A stretch of DNA of 64,000 nucleotides from an uncultured Planctomycetota bacterium (GCA_963841915.1 CAWJEN010000006.1:1-64000), one strand, 5' to 3'. Positions 52,465 through 63,489 are shown, counted from the first letter of the stretch. Made by a program: numbers and translations. Notes: generated from the letters alone by a model not told the origin.

Positions 52465-55062
52465 ATGGTGCCACGCCGTTTTTGCCAGCTCGTCGTCCTG
52501 ATCGGCACGGTCGTCCTGCTCGGCCTCGTCGTTGGTTGCACCTGGTCCACGCCTGGTCGCATCGAGCGGCTTCAAGTGGTTAACGGCGGGACGACCCTCG
52601 TCACGACGACGCCCCGCATCGTTCGCCTGGCAGGCGGTGAGACAGACGGCGTGCTGCTGCGACCAGACGAGCGGACGCGCCAGCTGTCGGTCGAGTCGGC
52701 CGGACCCGTCGAGGTCACGCTCTACGAAGTGGTCGAGGCATCGATCGACCGGCGTGATCCGGCCGTCGTGAGGCGGACCGGGCGCGCAGACGGCGTGGTC
52801 GACATGCCGATCGGGCTTGTCGCGCTGGATGCAAGGGGCACGTTTCCTGCGACTGCTGCTGCGTGGGTCGACATCACATTGCCCCGCGGAACGACACGGC
52901 AGCAGGTCGTCACCGTCGTCGCCTTGGACGTTGGCGGCAAGGAGGTGGCCCGGCACAACGTGATCGTGCAGCCGCGTGGCCTTGACCTGCCTGACGACAT
53001 GCCGCTGGCGATGGCCGGCCGTGTGACGTGGGCCGAGCTGACGGCCGCCTGGCCCGAGGCGTTTGCCAGTGCCACGCCGACGACGATCGGCCGCGATATC
53101 GCGAGTCATCGGGCAGCCGTCGAGGTGCTCGACGCGATGATGGCCCGCAATCTGCCGCCGGGCGTGGAGGTGGCCGTCGAGGGCCTTCGCCCGCGGTTCC
53201 CGGCGGCATTGTCCGGTGCCGCGACGACCGATTGGCAGCGGTATGACGCGCTCATCGGGCCGTGGCTCGACGGTGCCGTTGCATTCCCGATGCCGCGACC
53301 GGGCGATTTGTGGCGGTACGGCAGTGAGCGACGCGCCCGCATCTGGCAAGGCGTGCTGGCTCACTTCTCTGAGCGGCAATGGCTCGACCATGCGACGTTG
53401 ACGCTTGAGGGCAGCGATGTGTCGCGAGCATTTGCCGACCCCAACACGCCTGGCCTGTCGTCGGCCCTTGCCCGCGAGGTCGATGCCGTGCTGACGATCG
53501 CGACGCGGGCGAGGGTGTTGCTCGACGCCCCCGCAGCGACATTCGACGACTTGCCGCCGAACGCGATGCCGCGGGCGGCCCGGCTTGTCGAGGTGTCTCG
53601 GCACGATCCCAGGCGGCTGGCGACGTGGCTGGCGATCGATGCGCGGGAGACAGACACCGCCGCATGGCTCGCCGCCGAGCGTGGTGCTCGTGTCGCCCTC
53701 GTTCGCGGCATCATCGAGCCGGGCGATGCCGACGCGTGGTTCCACAACGGTCGCTCGATCGGACGTGGCGAGCCGGTGGTGATCGGTTTCGGCCTGATTC
53801 GTGCCAGGCGAGCGTCGTTCGACGCCGCCTACGCCGCTGCCGCTGCGACAGTTGATGCGAACGCAACTGCGGCGATCGTTGACGCATTCGTGCGGCCGAT
53901 CGTGGTACCGACGGTGCACGCGTCGGTCGCCGTGGTCGATCTGCTCGCCGGGCCACAAACTCACGACGCCGCGGCCGCTCGGGAGCAGCTTGCCGTCATC
54001 GCGCAAGGGAGCAGCGGCAATGCCGTTGCGACAGTCGTTGCCGATCCGACGCCGCGGATGATGCGGCTGCGGTGGGATCTTGTTCAAGAGTCGATCGCGT
54101 CGGGTTCGACGCGGCTGGACGACCGCCGCCTGATCCTGCGGGCCGACGCGATCGCTCGTCAAGCCTCTCCGCCCGAACCTGAGGGCCTGCGGCTGATCCT
54201 CGACAAGCTTCCGGCCGGGTGGCAGGCTGATCCGCCGTCGATGCCGACGTCACCGCCGCCTCTGGGTCATGCCGTGGTTCTGTCGGCGACGGGTTCGGTG
54301 GCCGTGGACGACCTTCGCGGTGCGGGGCCGGCGTCGCTGCGCATGCAGAATCTGCACGACGCATCGCAACACGCAACGGAGGTCGCGGCCCCGGCGTCTC
54401 GTCTGGTGCCGTTGCTTCGGCCTGTCACCATCGACGGCACGTTGGGCGACTGGTCTTACGAGGCGGCGGTGCACCGTGGCCCGCTCGTGCCGTTGGCGTC
54501 GAGAATCGAGGCGGCGACGATTGGCCCCGCTGCCGACGTGTTAGCGGGTGTGACGAGCGACAGTCTTGTGCTCGCCTTCAAGACCGACGCTTTGGCCGAC
54601 AATCCCGCATCGGCGGGCGTCACCCGCACGCTCGGCCGCGTCACGGGTGAAGACGCCGTGGAGTTCGTGCTTCGACCCGTCCGCTACACCGCCGGCGACA
54701 GCCGTCCCGGGCCGGCCACACGCGTCATCGTCAAGCCCAACGGCGTAGCGTTCGTCGAACGTCTCGTCGACGTCGGCCAACTCTGGCGGCCTGTCGCCAT
54801 CCGACTCGACTATGCCACCACGCTCGGCGACGACGGCGTGTGGCGGGGCGAACTCCGGTTGCCCTTCATCGAACTTCTGCCACCCGAGCCGGGCAGGCGG
54901 ATCAACCTCGATCGGCCGGGCCTGATCCTGTTCAATGCGACCCGCTACGACGCCTCGACGGGTAACGCCGGCTCGTGGGCCGGCCCCACCGACGAGCCCG
55001 GTGAGGCCGACCTGTTGGGGGCACTGATTCTGCCTAGTGGCGAAATCGAGATGTTCCGATAA
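52465..55062 (+). CDS. Large exported/lipoprotein-like hypothetical protein with C-terminal CBM9/DOMON-like domain
   Basis: N-terminal hydrophobic segment ending VVGC; TIDGTLGDW, EDAVEF, WRGELRLPF, FNATR. Confidence 0.65.
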   Translation: MVPRRFCQLVVLIGTVVLLGLVVGCTWSTPGRIERLQVVNGGTTLVTTTPRIVRLAGGETDGVLLRPDERTRQLSVESAGPVEVTLYEVVEASIDRRDPAVVRRTGRADGVVDMPIGLVALDARGTFPATAAAWVDITLPRGTTRQQVVTVVALDVGGKEVARHNVIVQPRGLDLPDDMPLAMAGRVTWAELTAAWPEAFASATPTTIGRDIASHRAAVEVLDAMMARNLPPGVEVAVEGLRPRFPAALSGAATTDWQRYDALIGPWLDGAVAFPMPRPGDLWRYGSERRARIWQGVLAHFSERQWLDHATLTLEGSDVSRAFADPNTPGLSSALAREVDAVLTIATRARVLLDAPAATFDDLPPNAMPRAARLVEVSRHDPRRLATWLAIDARETDTAAWLAAERGARVALVRGIIEPGDADAWFHNGRSIGRGEPVVIGFGLIRARRASFDAAYAAAAATVDANATAAIVDAFVRPIVVPTVHASVAVVDLLAGPQTHDAAAAREQLAVIAQGSSGNAVATVVADPTPRMMRLRWDLVQESIASGSTRLDDRRLILRADAIARQASPPEPEGLRLILDKLPAGWQADPPSMPTSPPPLGHAVVLSATGSVAVDDLRGAGPASLRMQNLHDASQHATEVAAPASRLVPLLRPVTIDGTLGDWSYEAAVHRGPLVPLASRIEAATIGPAADVLAGVTSDSLVLAFKTDALADNPASAGVTRTLGRVTGEDAVEFVLRPVRYTAGDSRPGPATRVIVKPNGVAFVERLVDVGQLWRPVAIRLDYATTLGDDGVWRGELRLPFIELLPPEPGRRINLDRPGLILFNATRYDASTGNAGSWAGPTDEPGEADLLGALILPSGEIEMFR

Positions 55063-55099
55063 ACTCCCCGCGTTGCCTGACCGGGCGACGCTCTCGCCC

Positions 55100-55855
55100 A
55101 TGCAGACCAAGCTCCCGCGCCGCAAGTCCTCCGCCCGCCACGCCCGCCTCGGCAAGCGGTCCCGTGAGCCGATCATGCGCGACACGAACGGCCCGCGCCC
55201 GCGTGGCCTGCAGAAGCACCGCACCATGCGGGACGAGTCGACGCAGAAGATTTACGACCTGCACAGCCGCTTCTACGACGCCACCTTCGGCCGCTTGGTG
55301 CGTCGCCGCATCGGTACTGCCATCGTTGAACAAGTCCAGCTTGCCGAAGGTCAAGTCGCCCTCGACGTCGGTATCGGTACCGGTGGCTCTCTCGACTTCT
55401 GGCCCGCCGACCGCGGCACCGTCGTCGGCGTCGACCTGTCGGGCGGCATGCTCGACAAGGCGGCCGAAAAGATCGATGCCTCGGGCCGCACGAACACGCA
55501 CCTGAGCCGCACCAACGCCCTCAAGCTGCCCTTCGCCGACAAGGCCTTTGACACCGTCTTCGTCAGCCACGTCATCAGCGTCGTCAGCGACCCGGCTGCC
55601 GTGCTTCGCGAGTGCCTGCGGGTCGCCGCCCCTGGCGCACGCGTCGTGCTCGTCAACCACTTCCAGAGCGAAAACAAAGTTGTCGGCGCGATCGAGAAGC
55701 TGCTTTGCCCCATCTGCACGAAGCTCGGCTGGAAGAGCGACCTCGCCCTCGAGGACCTGCTCCGCGACGTCGGCATCGAGGTCGAGCACCGCTACAAGCT
55801 CACCAAGCCCGACCTCTGGGAAACCGTTGTGCTTATCAAGCCTGACGCGGCTTGA
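55100..55855 (+). CDS. Class I SAM-dependent methyltransferase, phospholipid N-methyltransferase (PmtA)-like
   Basis: FYDATFG, LDVGIGTG, GVDLSGGML, HVISVVSDP, VLVNHF; start could be 55226. Confidence 0.8.
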   Translation: MQTKLPRRKSSARHARLGKRSREPIMRDTNGPRPRGLQKHRTMRDESTQKIYDLHSRFYDATFGRLVRRRIGTAIVEQVQLAEGQVALDVGIGTGGSLDFWPADRGTVVGVDLSGGMLDKAAEKIDASGRTNTHLSRTNALKLPFADKAFDTVFVSHVISVVSDPAAVLRECLRVAAPGARVVLVNHFQSENKVVGAIEKLLCPICTKLGWKSDLALEDLLRDVGIEVEHRYKLTKPDLWETVVLIKPDAA

Positions 55856-55911
55856 CGTGACCGACGCCGGCCTGATTTGCCAACGCTAACGCAACCCGTA
55901 CGCTGGCGGCG

Positions 55912-57147
55912 TTGAAGGTTCTGCTCGCTGGTGACCTCCACATCGGCCGCGCCTCGTCGCGGGTGCCGGGTGGACATGACGTCTCGGCCACCGATGCGTG
56001 GCGGCGATTGGTCGATGTCGCCTTGCGAGACAGCGTCGATGTCGTCCTGCTCAGCGGTGACGTCGCCGACCAGGACAACAAGTTCTGGGAAGCAGTCGGC
56101 CCGCTCGAGGCCGGGGTGAACAAACTCGCCGCAGCCGGCATTGAGGTCGTCGCCGTTAGCGGGAACCACGACCACGACGTCCTGCCACGCCTGGCCGCAC
56201 AGCTGCCGGACGGCTTCACCTTGCTCGGCAAAGGTGGCACCTGGCAGCGGCACACGCTCCGGCGCGACGGCCGTGCGGTACTGCACGTCGACGGCTGGTC
56301 GTTTCCCGGCCGCTACGTCGAGCGTGATCCGACCCTCGACTACCACCTGCCCCACGCCGACGACGCCCCGACGATCGGCCTGCTCCACGGCGATCTCGAC
56401 GACGCCGCCAGCCCGTATGCCCCGCTCGCTGCCGCCCGCCTCCGCTCGCTGGGGCCTGCCGCGTGGTTGCTGGGTCACCTCCACACCCCGCGCCTGCTAA
56501 GCGATCACGCCTGCTGGCTGCTCTACCCCGGCTCGCCACAGGCACTCGACTTCGGCGAGACCGGCGTCCATGGCCTTTGGCTGCTCGATGTCGACAGTCA
56601 CCTCCACACGCCCCGACAGGTGTCGTTGTCGTCGGCGCGGTACGTGCTCTCGACGCTCGACCTGACAGGCGTCGACACGATCGACGACGCCAACAACGCG
56701 GTGCTGAACCATCTGACCGACGTCGCCCGACAGGCCATCGACGCAGGTGGTGGCGAGTTGAAAGTCCTGGCGATGCGGCTGCGTGTGACGGGCGAGACGT
56801 CGCTGGCCGACAAGCTGCCTTCGATGCTGACAGAGCTTGTGCAGGACTACGACGCGACGGTTGACGGGGTCAGCGTCGGCGTCGACAGGTTCACCTGCGA
56901 CGCCCTGCCGCCGCTGGATCTTGACGAGCTCCGCACCAGCCACACACCACCCGGCGTGTTGGCTGCCGTGCTGCTCGACGCCTCGCCCGACCACCCGGCC
57001 GCCCGGCGAGTCGCCGCAGCGTTGAACCGCATCGATCGCTCTGCCGTCTTTCGCCCGCTCGACGACGAACCCGTCGCACCGACCGATGCGACGGCAGACC
57101 GCGCCCGTGAGACGTTGCGTCAGCTCCTGGCGGAGGCTGCGTCGTGA
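55912..57147 (+). CDS. Mre11/SbcD-like metallophosphoesterase nuclease (YhaO-like)
   Basis: GDLHIG, SGDVAD, GNHD, GLLHG, LGHLH, YPGSPQ. Confidence 0.9.
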   Translation: MKVLLAGDLHIGRASSRVPGGHDVSATDAWRRLVDVALRDSVDVVLLSGDVADQDNKFWEAVGPLEAGVNKLAAAGIEVVAVSGNHDHDVLPRLAAQLPDGFTLLGKGGTWQRHTLRRDGRAVLHVDGWSFPGRYVERDPTLDYHLPHADDAPTIGLLHGDLDDAASPYAPLAAARLRSLGPAAWLLGHLHTPRLLSDHACWLLYPGSPQALDFGETGVHGLWLLDVDSHLHTPRQVSLSSARYVLSTLDLTGVDTIDDANNAVLNHLTDVARQAIDAGGGELKVLAMRLRVTGETSLADKLPSMLTELVQDYDATVDGVSVGVDRFTCDALPPLDLDELRTSHTPPGVLAAVLLDASPDHPAARRVAAALNRIDRSAVFRPLDDEPVAPTDATADRARETLRQLLAEAAS

Positions 57148-60100
57148 CCGGCCGCGCCGTCAAGCTGACGCGCCTGCAGATCGATCGTGCGCCCGGCATC
57201 GAGCGCGGCCGCGGGTGGGTGCTCGGCAACCTGTCACCAGGCTTCAACCTCATCCACGGCCCCAACGGCTCGGGCAAGACCACCACGGCCCGCACGATTC
57301 AAGCGCTCCTGTGGCCCTCGCTGGCCCAGGGCCAGCCGACCGTCAGCGGCAGCTTCGACTTCGACGGCGAGCCGGCGACGATGCAGATCGAGGCCGGCAC
57401 GCCCGTTTCACGCGTCATCGAGTGCGGCCCGAGTGAGCGGGCATCGCGGTACCTGTTGGCGTTTGACGACTTGCTGAAGTCGAGCGACAGCGACATGGCC
57501 AAGACGCTGCGGGACGAGATGGCCGGCGGGTACGACCTCGATGCCGCCGCTTCGTCTCTCGGCTACGCGCCCGATCCGACGCTGCCACGCGGCGCGTTAC
57601 GTGATTACGACGCTGCCACCAAAGCCGTCGCTGCCGAGCAACGCAAGCAAGAGCAGCTTCAACACCGGGCGGGTGAATTGGCCACGCTTCGGCTCGACCG
57701 CGCGACGGCCGAGGCGGCAGCGAAGCAGCGGCGGTCGCTTGACCTTGCGATGCAGGTGCAGGCCAAGGCGGCCGAATTGCAGGCCATCGAAGCCGAGCGT
57801 GCTGCGCTACCGCCGGAGGTGGCGAAGCTGTCGGGTGACGAGGCGGCTGAGGTAGCCGCGCTGGAGCAGGCGGCCATCGAAGCCACCGCCGATCGCCGGG
57901 CGGCCGAGACGTCGCGTGCCAAAGCCGTCGACAAGCTGGCGAGCCTGAAGCTGCCCGACGACAACGTGCCACCTGCCGTGCTGGCGACCTTGAACGGGCT
58001 GGTGCGAGAGGCCCGTGAGGCGGCGACGCAACTGGCGACGCAGCGTCGCGAGGCTGTCAAAGCGAGCGCCGCCGCGACGGAGGCCAGGCGTGTCATCGGC
58101 CATGCGATCGAGGTTCCGCTGACGGTGACCGACGGCGACGACTTCATGGCTCACGCTCGCCGCGCCGACGCCCTGCGGGCAGAGCGGGCGGTGCTCGATG
58201 CACAAAGGCAACAACTTGCCCGGCCACACGACCCGACACCGACGGCGACGGTGGAGCAGCTTCGCGACGCGGCCACGTCGCTGGCCCGCTGGCTCGCCGC
58301 CACGCCCGCCGGTGGTGACGCGGCAAAGCCGACGGCTTGGGCCGCGCTCGCAGCTGTCTCAGCCACCTTGTTTCTGATCCTCGGCATCGTGCTCGCCGTC
58401 AGCGTGCACGTCGCGTGGCTGGCCTTGGGACTTATCGGGGTCGCAGTCTTTGTGTCGTCCTGGTTGCTGTGGCGTCGGCCGACGTCGGGAGCATTAAACG
58501 AGCAACCGATTCGGGAACGAGAGTTTGCCGCCACGGGTGTTGCATCGCCCGACGCATGGGACGTCGCGACGGTCGCGTCGCGGCTGACGGAACTTGCCAC
58601 CGATCTGGTGACGCGGCGTGCGGCCGACGCGTCGGCCGAGGCGGCGTCTGCGCTTCAGTCGGCGGCGCAGCGGCTCGACGCCGATGAAGCAGCGCTCGAT
58701 GCGGCCCGCAACGCCTTGCAGCAGCGGCTCGGCGTGACGTTGCCGGTCGAGGACGCGTGGTTGCCTGTGCTGGTCGGAAATCTTCGCGACTGGCAAGGGC
58801 GTCACGCAGATGCCCTTGCCGCCGACGCTGCGGTCGTGCAGCAGGAACGTGAACTCGCGGCCGTCCTGTCGCAGGTGGTCGAGGTGGCCAGAGCGTTCGG
58901 ATTTGCCGCGTGTGAATCGGCCGAAGTGGCGGCAGAGATCGTTCCCGACCTGTCGCGTCGCCAAGCCGCAGCCGACGAGGCTCGGCGGGAGATGAGCGAC
59001 GCCGACCGGCAGCGACGCGAGGCCGACACGGCTGCGAGGCGAGCGAGCGATGCACTGCAGGCGTTGCTCGAGCGGCTTGGCACTGACGCCGACGAGATTC
59101 ACCTGCACCTGAGTGACTGGCTGCGACTCCGAGGTCGCTTCGTTCAGCTCGACGAGGCCACCCGCGAGGCGGAGCTGGCGAAAAAACTGCTGGTGTCGCA
59201 GCTGGGTGACGACGCGTCGCTCGTGGAGCTGACGCCGGACGCGTTGGCTGAGCAGATGACTGACGCCGCCGACGCGGAGGATCGACTGGAGGGTGTTCGC
59301 AAACAGATGGCCGACATTGAGGCAGAGATCCGGCACGCCAAGCAAGGCGGTGACCTGTCGGCAGCGTTGGCGGAGCAGGCGACGGCACGGGAGAAGCTCG
59401 AGGGCGAACGCGAGCGTTGCCGACGCGCAGCGGCAGGGGCGGCTTTGGTCGACTGGCTCAAAGAGCAGGCCCAGCGTGACCGCCCGGCCGTGTTCGAGCG
59501 GGCCAACGCGTTGCTCGTCCGCGTAACGAGCGGGCGGCTCAAGCTCGAGCTCGAAGGTGACGGCTTTGCGGCCGTCGTCGACGGTGACAAGCGGCCGCTG
59601 AACAAGCTGTCGCTCGGCGAGCGGACGCAGGTGCTGACGAGTGTGCGGCTGGCGTTCCTGACGCACGATGAACCGGCGAAGTTGCCGTTGATTCTTGACG
59701 AAGTGCTGGCCAACACCGACGACGAGCGGGCGGATGTGCTCATCGACGTGCTGCTGGATCAGGCGAGTGTCGAGGGGCGACAGGTGTTCTGCTTCACCGC
59801 CCAGCGGGACGAGGCGGGCAAGTGGCTCAGCCGCTTGGAGAAGCGCGGGATGGTGTTCGAGACGATCGATTTGGCGAGCGTGCGGGGCCTCGGGGCGACG
59901 GTGCCGCTGGCAGTCGCGGCCGTCGACAAGGCACCGTTGATGGAGCCGGAGAATGACGACCGACACGCGTACGCCGCAGCACTGAACGTGGGCCGCTTCG
60001 ACCCGGCGAAGGGGCTGGCGGCGACGCACGTGTGGCACGTCTCACCCGACAATGCAACGACGCTGGCCCTGCTGCGCCACGGCATCGAGCGGGCGTCGCA

Positions 60101-60533
60101 GCTGGTGACGCTGCTGGAGGTGCCGGGGGCGACAGACCTGGCGTTTCTGCACGATCGGCCGCGTATTGAAGCGTCGCTGCGGGCGCTACAGGCGGCGATC
60201 GAGGCGTGGCAGGTCGGGCGGGCGACCCCGTTGGACCGAGGCGTACTCGACGGCTGCGAAGGCGTGAGCGAGCGGTATCTCCAACGCGTCGCCGACTGCG
60301 CCGCTGGCGTGTCGTGGGACGGCGAGCGGTTGATCGAGGCGCTGAAGGCGGGCGAGGTGAAGGGCTTTCGCGAGAAGCAGCGGGATCAGCTCGAGGCCGA
60401 ATTGCGTGACCGCGGGCACATCAACGAGGAGCCTTTGCTCGACCGCGAGACGGTCCGCGGGCGGATGCTGGTCGCGGCATCGCCGACGGTGCTCGACGCG
60501 GCGTGGGTGGAGGCGGTCTTGGCGGCATGTTGA
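57144..60533 (+). CDS. Rad50/SbcC-like coiled-coil ATPase with internal TM hairpin (YhaN-like)
   Basis: Walker A GPNGSGKT, long coiled coil, LSLGERTQ signature, LPLILDE Walker B; GTGA overlap with the nuclease gene. Confidence 0.85.
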   Translation: MTGRAVKLTRLQIDRAPGIERGRGWVLGNLSPGFNLIHGPNGSGKTTTARTIQALLWPSLAQGQPTVSGSFDFDGEPATMQIEAGTPVSRVIECGPSERASRYLLAFDDLLKSSDSDMAKTLRDEMAGGYDLDAAASSLGYAPDPTLPRGALRDYDAATKAVAAEQRKQEQLQHRAGELATLRLDRATAEAAAKQRRSLDLAMQVQAKAAELQAIEAERAALPPEVAKLSGDEAAEVAALEQAAIEATADRRAAETSRAKAVDKLASLKLPDDNVPPAVLATLNGLVREAREAATQLATQRREAVKASAAATEARRVIGHAIEVPLTVTDGDDFMAHARRADALRAERAVLDAQRQQLARPHDPTPTATVEQLRDAATSLARWLAATPAGGDAAKPTAWAALAAVSATLFLILGIVLAVSVHVAWLALGLIGVAVFVSSWLLWRRPTSGALNEQPIREREFAATGVASPDAWDVATVASRLTELATDLVTRRAADASAEAASALQSAAQRLDADEAALDAARNALQQRLGVTLPVEDAWLPVLVGNLRDWQGRHADALAADAAVVQQERELAAVLSQVVEVARAFGFAACESAEVAAEIVPDLSRRQAAADEARREMSDADRQRREADTAARRASDALQALLERLGTDADEIHLHLSDWLRLRGRFVQLDEATREAELAKKLLVSQLGDDASLVELTPDALAEQMTDAADAEDRLEGVRKQMADIEAEIRHAKQGGDLSAALAEQATAREKLEGERERCRRAAAGAALVDWLKEQAQRDRPAVFERANALLVRVTSGRLKLELEGDGFAAVVDGDKRPLNKLSLGERTQVLTSVRLAFLTHDEPAKLPLILDEVLANTDDERADVLIDVLLDQASVEGRQVFCFTAQRDEAGKWLSRLEKRGMVFETIDLASVRGLGATVPLAVAAVDKAPLMEPENDDRHAYAAALNVGRFDPAKGLAATHVWHVSPDNATTLALLRHGIERASQLVTLLEVPGATDLAFLHDRPRIEASLRALQAAIEAWQVGRATPLDRGVLDGCEGVSERYLQRVADCAAGVSWDGERLIEALKAGEVKGFREKQRDQLEAELRDRGHINEEPLLDRETVRGRMLVAASPTVLDAAWVEAVLAAC

Positions 60534-60651
60534 GTGGTGCGCACGGACCGCGGCCGCCGAACTTCGGGCGGCCGACGTGCGAGATGCATCGGCCGATCAA
60601 CATGTCGCACGGCGGCGGACGACCCACAACCGCACTGGCCGAGCCGCAGAA

Positions 60652-60667
60652 TGTTCCACGTGGAACA
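60652..60667. promoter_or_regulatory. parS centromere site (ParB binding)
   Basis: Perfect palindrome TGTTCCACGTGGAACA (extends to 20 bp), matches the parS consensus TGTTNCACGTGNAACA. Confidence 0.9.
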
Positions 60668-60905
60668 TTGCACGCCTGCACTCCCCAAATCGGCCGCCGA
60701 CCCGATTTGGTCGCCGCGGCGCAACGCGAAGCGTCGGCCGCACCATTCGGCGACGCCTGTCGTACAAAGGCCCATCGGTCGACGTGTCGCGGCGTGGCGG
60801 TGACGGCACGGCTAAGCTCGCGAGACGGCACCCGCCGGAGTCATGGCCGATCTGGCTGCCTGTGCCGCAGCTCGCACGCCTCGGTGGGTCTTTGTGAAGG
60901 TGCTC

Positions 60906-63008
60906 ATGGCAGACGAATCCAATCAATCTCCAAAGAAGCGCGGGCCTGACAAGTCTCGCGACGGCAAGCAGCCCGAAGGCCAACGCAATGGCAAGCCCGG
61001 TGCAACCGGCACGCCCGGACAACCCAACGGCATGGGCTTTCGTCGTGGCATGGGTGGGCTCGTCATCCTCATCCTCGCCGTCGTGGCGGTCTTGTTCTTC
61101 ATTCTGGAGAGTCAAGCAGTCCGCTATAGCACGGTCGACCTGAGCCTGTTCCAGGCTCAAGTCGATGCCGACAACGTGCAGAAGGTCACGGTCAGCGGCA
61201 ACGAGATTCGCGGCAAGTTCAAAGAAGCCGTCGCCCTTGATGGTGTGCCGGAAGTCCAGAATTTCACCGCCACAATCCCCAATGGCGTCGCTGCCGATTG
61301 GGCGTTCATCAAAGACCTCCTCGGTGGCGGGTACGAGGTCAAGGCAGAGGTGCCCAGCAATTGGGCGCTGTACCTGCTGCCGCTGATCCCATGGATCCTG
61401 TTCATCGCGCTCATCTACTTCTTCTTCATTCGTCCCCTCCGCACGGGCGGCGGAGCGGCGGGCATGCTCGGCAACTTCGGTCGATCCAAGCACCGCATGA
61501 GCCAGAAGGAACAGACGAACGTCACATTCGACGACGTCGCAGGTGTCGAAGAAGCCAAGGACGAAGTTCAGGAAATCGTTGAGTTCCTCCGAAATCCCAA
61601 GAAGTTTCAACGCCTCGGCGGACGCATCCCACGCGGCTGCCTGCTCGTGGGCCCTCCTGGTACCGGCAAGACGCTGCTCGCCAAGGCCATCGCCGGTGAG
61701 GCAGACGTGCCGTTCTTCAGCATCTCGGGTTCCGACTTCGTCGAGATGTTCGTGGGCGTCGGTGCGTCTCGCGTTCGCGACCTGTTCAAGCAGGCCAAGG
61801 AGAACTCGCCGTGCATCATCTTCCTTGACGAAATTGACGCCGTCGGCCGCAAGCGCGGCAGCGGCTTCTCGTCGGGCGGTCACGATGAACGCGAGCAGAC
61901 GCTCAACGCCATCCTCGTCGAGATGGACGGCTTCGACTCGAACGACCAGGTCATCATCATCGCGTCGACGAACCGCGTCGACGTGCTCGACCCGGCCCTG
62001 ACCCGCCCCGGCCGTTTCGACCGTCAGGTGCAGGTGACGCTGCCCGACGTCAAGGGCCGCATGGAGATCCTCAAGGTCCACGCGCGCAAGATCAAGCTGG
62101 GCCCGGACGTCGACCTGTCGCGTATCGCCCGGGCCACGCCCGGCTTCAGCGGTGCGGACCTCGCCGCGTGCATCAACGAGGCGGCGCTCATCGCAACGCT
62201 CGCTGAGAAGGATCACGTCGAGCAGGAAGACCTCGAAGAGGCTCGCGACAAGGTGCGCTTCGGCCGCGCCCGCAAGAGCCGTGTGATCGACGACAAGGAG
62301 AAGAAGGCGACCGCATACCACGAGGCCGGTCATGCGGTCGTGCAGGCGTTGCTTGAGGACGCCGACCCGATCCACAAGGTGACCATCATCCCGCGTGGCC
62401 CGTACGGCGGCGCGACCATGACGCTGCCGGAAAAGGACCGCTACACGACGAGCCGCAGCTGGTGCATCGCCTTCATCAAGGTCTGCTTCGGCGGACGTTT
62501 GGCAGAGGAAATGTTCACCGGCGACGTCAACAGCGGCGTGGCGGGTGATATTCGTCAGGTCACCAGCGTCGCCCGGCACATGGTCACCGAATGGGGCATG
62601 AACGACCGCATCGGCTTCGTCTTCTACGGCGAGGACGACAACCAGATGCAGGCCTTCGACTTCGGCGGGACCAAGGCGTATTCCGAGGAAACGCAGCGAA
62701 TCATCGACGAAGAGGTCAAGAAGCTCATCGATGGCCTGTTCAGCGAAACGCAGCAACTGCTGGCTGACAACCGGGACAAGGTCGATGAAGTTGCCCGGGC
62801 GCTCATCAAGCACGAGACGCTCGACGCAACCGACATCGATCGCATCATGCGTGGCGAGCGGGTGACGAAGCCGACCGTCAGCGACCTGCTCGAGCAGGAG
62901 CGTGGCAAGACGCCCGACGAGGCGAAGCGTGGCACCGTCATCGCCCCCGGGCAGGACGGCGACCCGGACGTCAAGGTCGGTGCCGGCCCGCTGCCTACCC
63001 CCGGCTGA
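60906..63008 (+). CDS. ftsH: ATP-dependent zinc metalloprotease FtsH
   Basis: Two TM helices, [39 protein letters not shown]. Confidence 0.98.
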   Translation: MADESNQSPKKRGPDKSRDGKQPEGQRNGKPGATGTPGQPNGMGFRRGMGGLVILILAVVAVLFFILESQAVRYSTVDLSLFQAQVDADNVQKVTVSGNEIRGKFKEAVALDGVPEVQNFTATIPNGVAADWAFIKDLLGGGYEVKAEVPSNWALYLLPLIPWILFIALIYFFFIRPLRTGGGAAGMLGNFGRSKHRMSQKEQTNVTFDDVAGVEEAKDEVQEIVEFLRNPKKFQRLGGRIPRGCLLVGPPGTGKTLLAKAIAGEADVPFFSISGSDFVEMFVGVGASRVRDLFKQAKENSPCIIFLDEIDAVGRKRGSGFSSGGHDEREQTLNAILVEMDGFDSNDQVIIIASTNRVDVLDPALTRPGRFDRQVQVTLPDVKGRMEILKVHARKIKLGPDVDLSRIARATPGFSGADLAACINEAALIATLAEKDHVEQEDLEEARDKVRFGRARKSRVIDDKEKKATAYHEAGHAVVQALLEDADPIHKVTIIPRGPYGGATMTLPEKDRYTTSRSWCIAFIKVCFGGRLAEEMFTGDVNSGVAGDIRQVTSVARHMVTEWGMNDRIGFVFYGEDDNQMQAFDFGGTKAYSEETQRIIDEEVKKLIDGLFSETQQLLADNRDKVDEVARALIKHETLDATDIDRIMRGERVTKPTVSDLLEQERGKTPDEAKRGTVIAPGQDGDPDVKVGAGPLPTPG

Positions 63009-63021
63009 GCTCGGCTAGCGA

Positions 63022-63489
63022 ATGTTCCACGTGGAACCGCCTACACGAAGCCGTACGACAGACACCGTCGCCGCTGCCCTTCTAGCAGCGGCGAATGTCA
63101 TGGCGGCGGCGGCGTTGTACGGTGCCGCCCTTGTGCTTCGGCCGGAGCAAGCAATGTTCGCCGATCAGGCGACGCGACTGCTGGCCGTGTCGTGGCTTCC
63201 GCTGGGACTGGCGGCGATGCTTCTGATTGCAGGATCGCTGCTGCCGCTCGCGTGGCGTCGTCCGCTGGTTGTTCTGGCCGCGTTGAGCGTTGGCTTGGCA
63301 ATGTCTCACGCCGCCCGCCACGGGTTGGCGGCAAGCGATGGTCACGTCGCCGGCTTGTGGTGGATTGCGACGTGCGGCCTGCTCGTGCAGTGCCCGATCG
63401 CCTTGTTCGCCCGCGGCCGATGGGTCGGGCTCGTCGTCGCTGCCCTGCTCGGTCTGCTGCTGGCGTCGCTTTGGCTTTTCGGCAGCTGA
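63022..63489 (+). CDS. Hypothetical multi-pass membrane protein (start uncertain; the listed ATG lies in parS, alternative 63100)
   Basis: Four to five hydrophobic segments. Confidence 0.5.
   Translation: MFHVEPPTRSRTTDTVAAALLAAANVMAAAALYGAALVLRPEQAMFADQATRLLAVSWLPLGLAAMLLIAGSLLPLAWRRPLVVLAALSVGLAMSHAARHGLAASDGHVAGLWWIATCGLLVQCPIALFARGRWVGLVVAALLGLLLASLWLFGS
63023..63038. promoter_or_regulatory. Second parS site
   Basis: TGTTCCACGTGGAACC (15/16 match), 15 bp after the ftsH stop. Confidence 0.85.

Noticed and set aside
60597..62813. Long antisense ORFs (738 aa here; also 26874..28304, 47933..49498, 52297..54162, 58494..60038)
   Set aside because: Shadow frames of well-supported genes, expected in high-GC DNA
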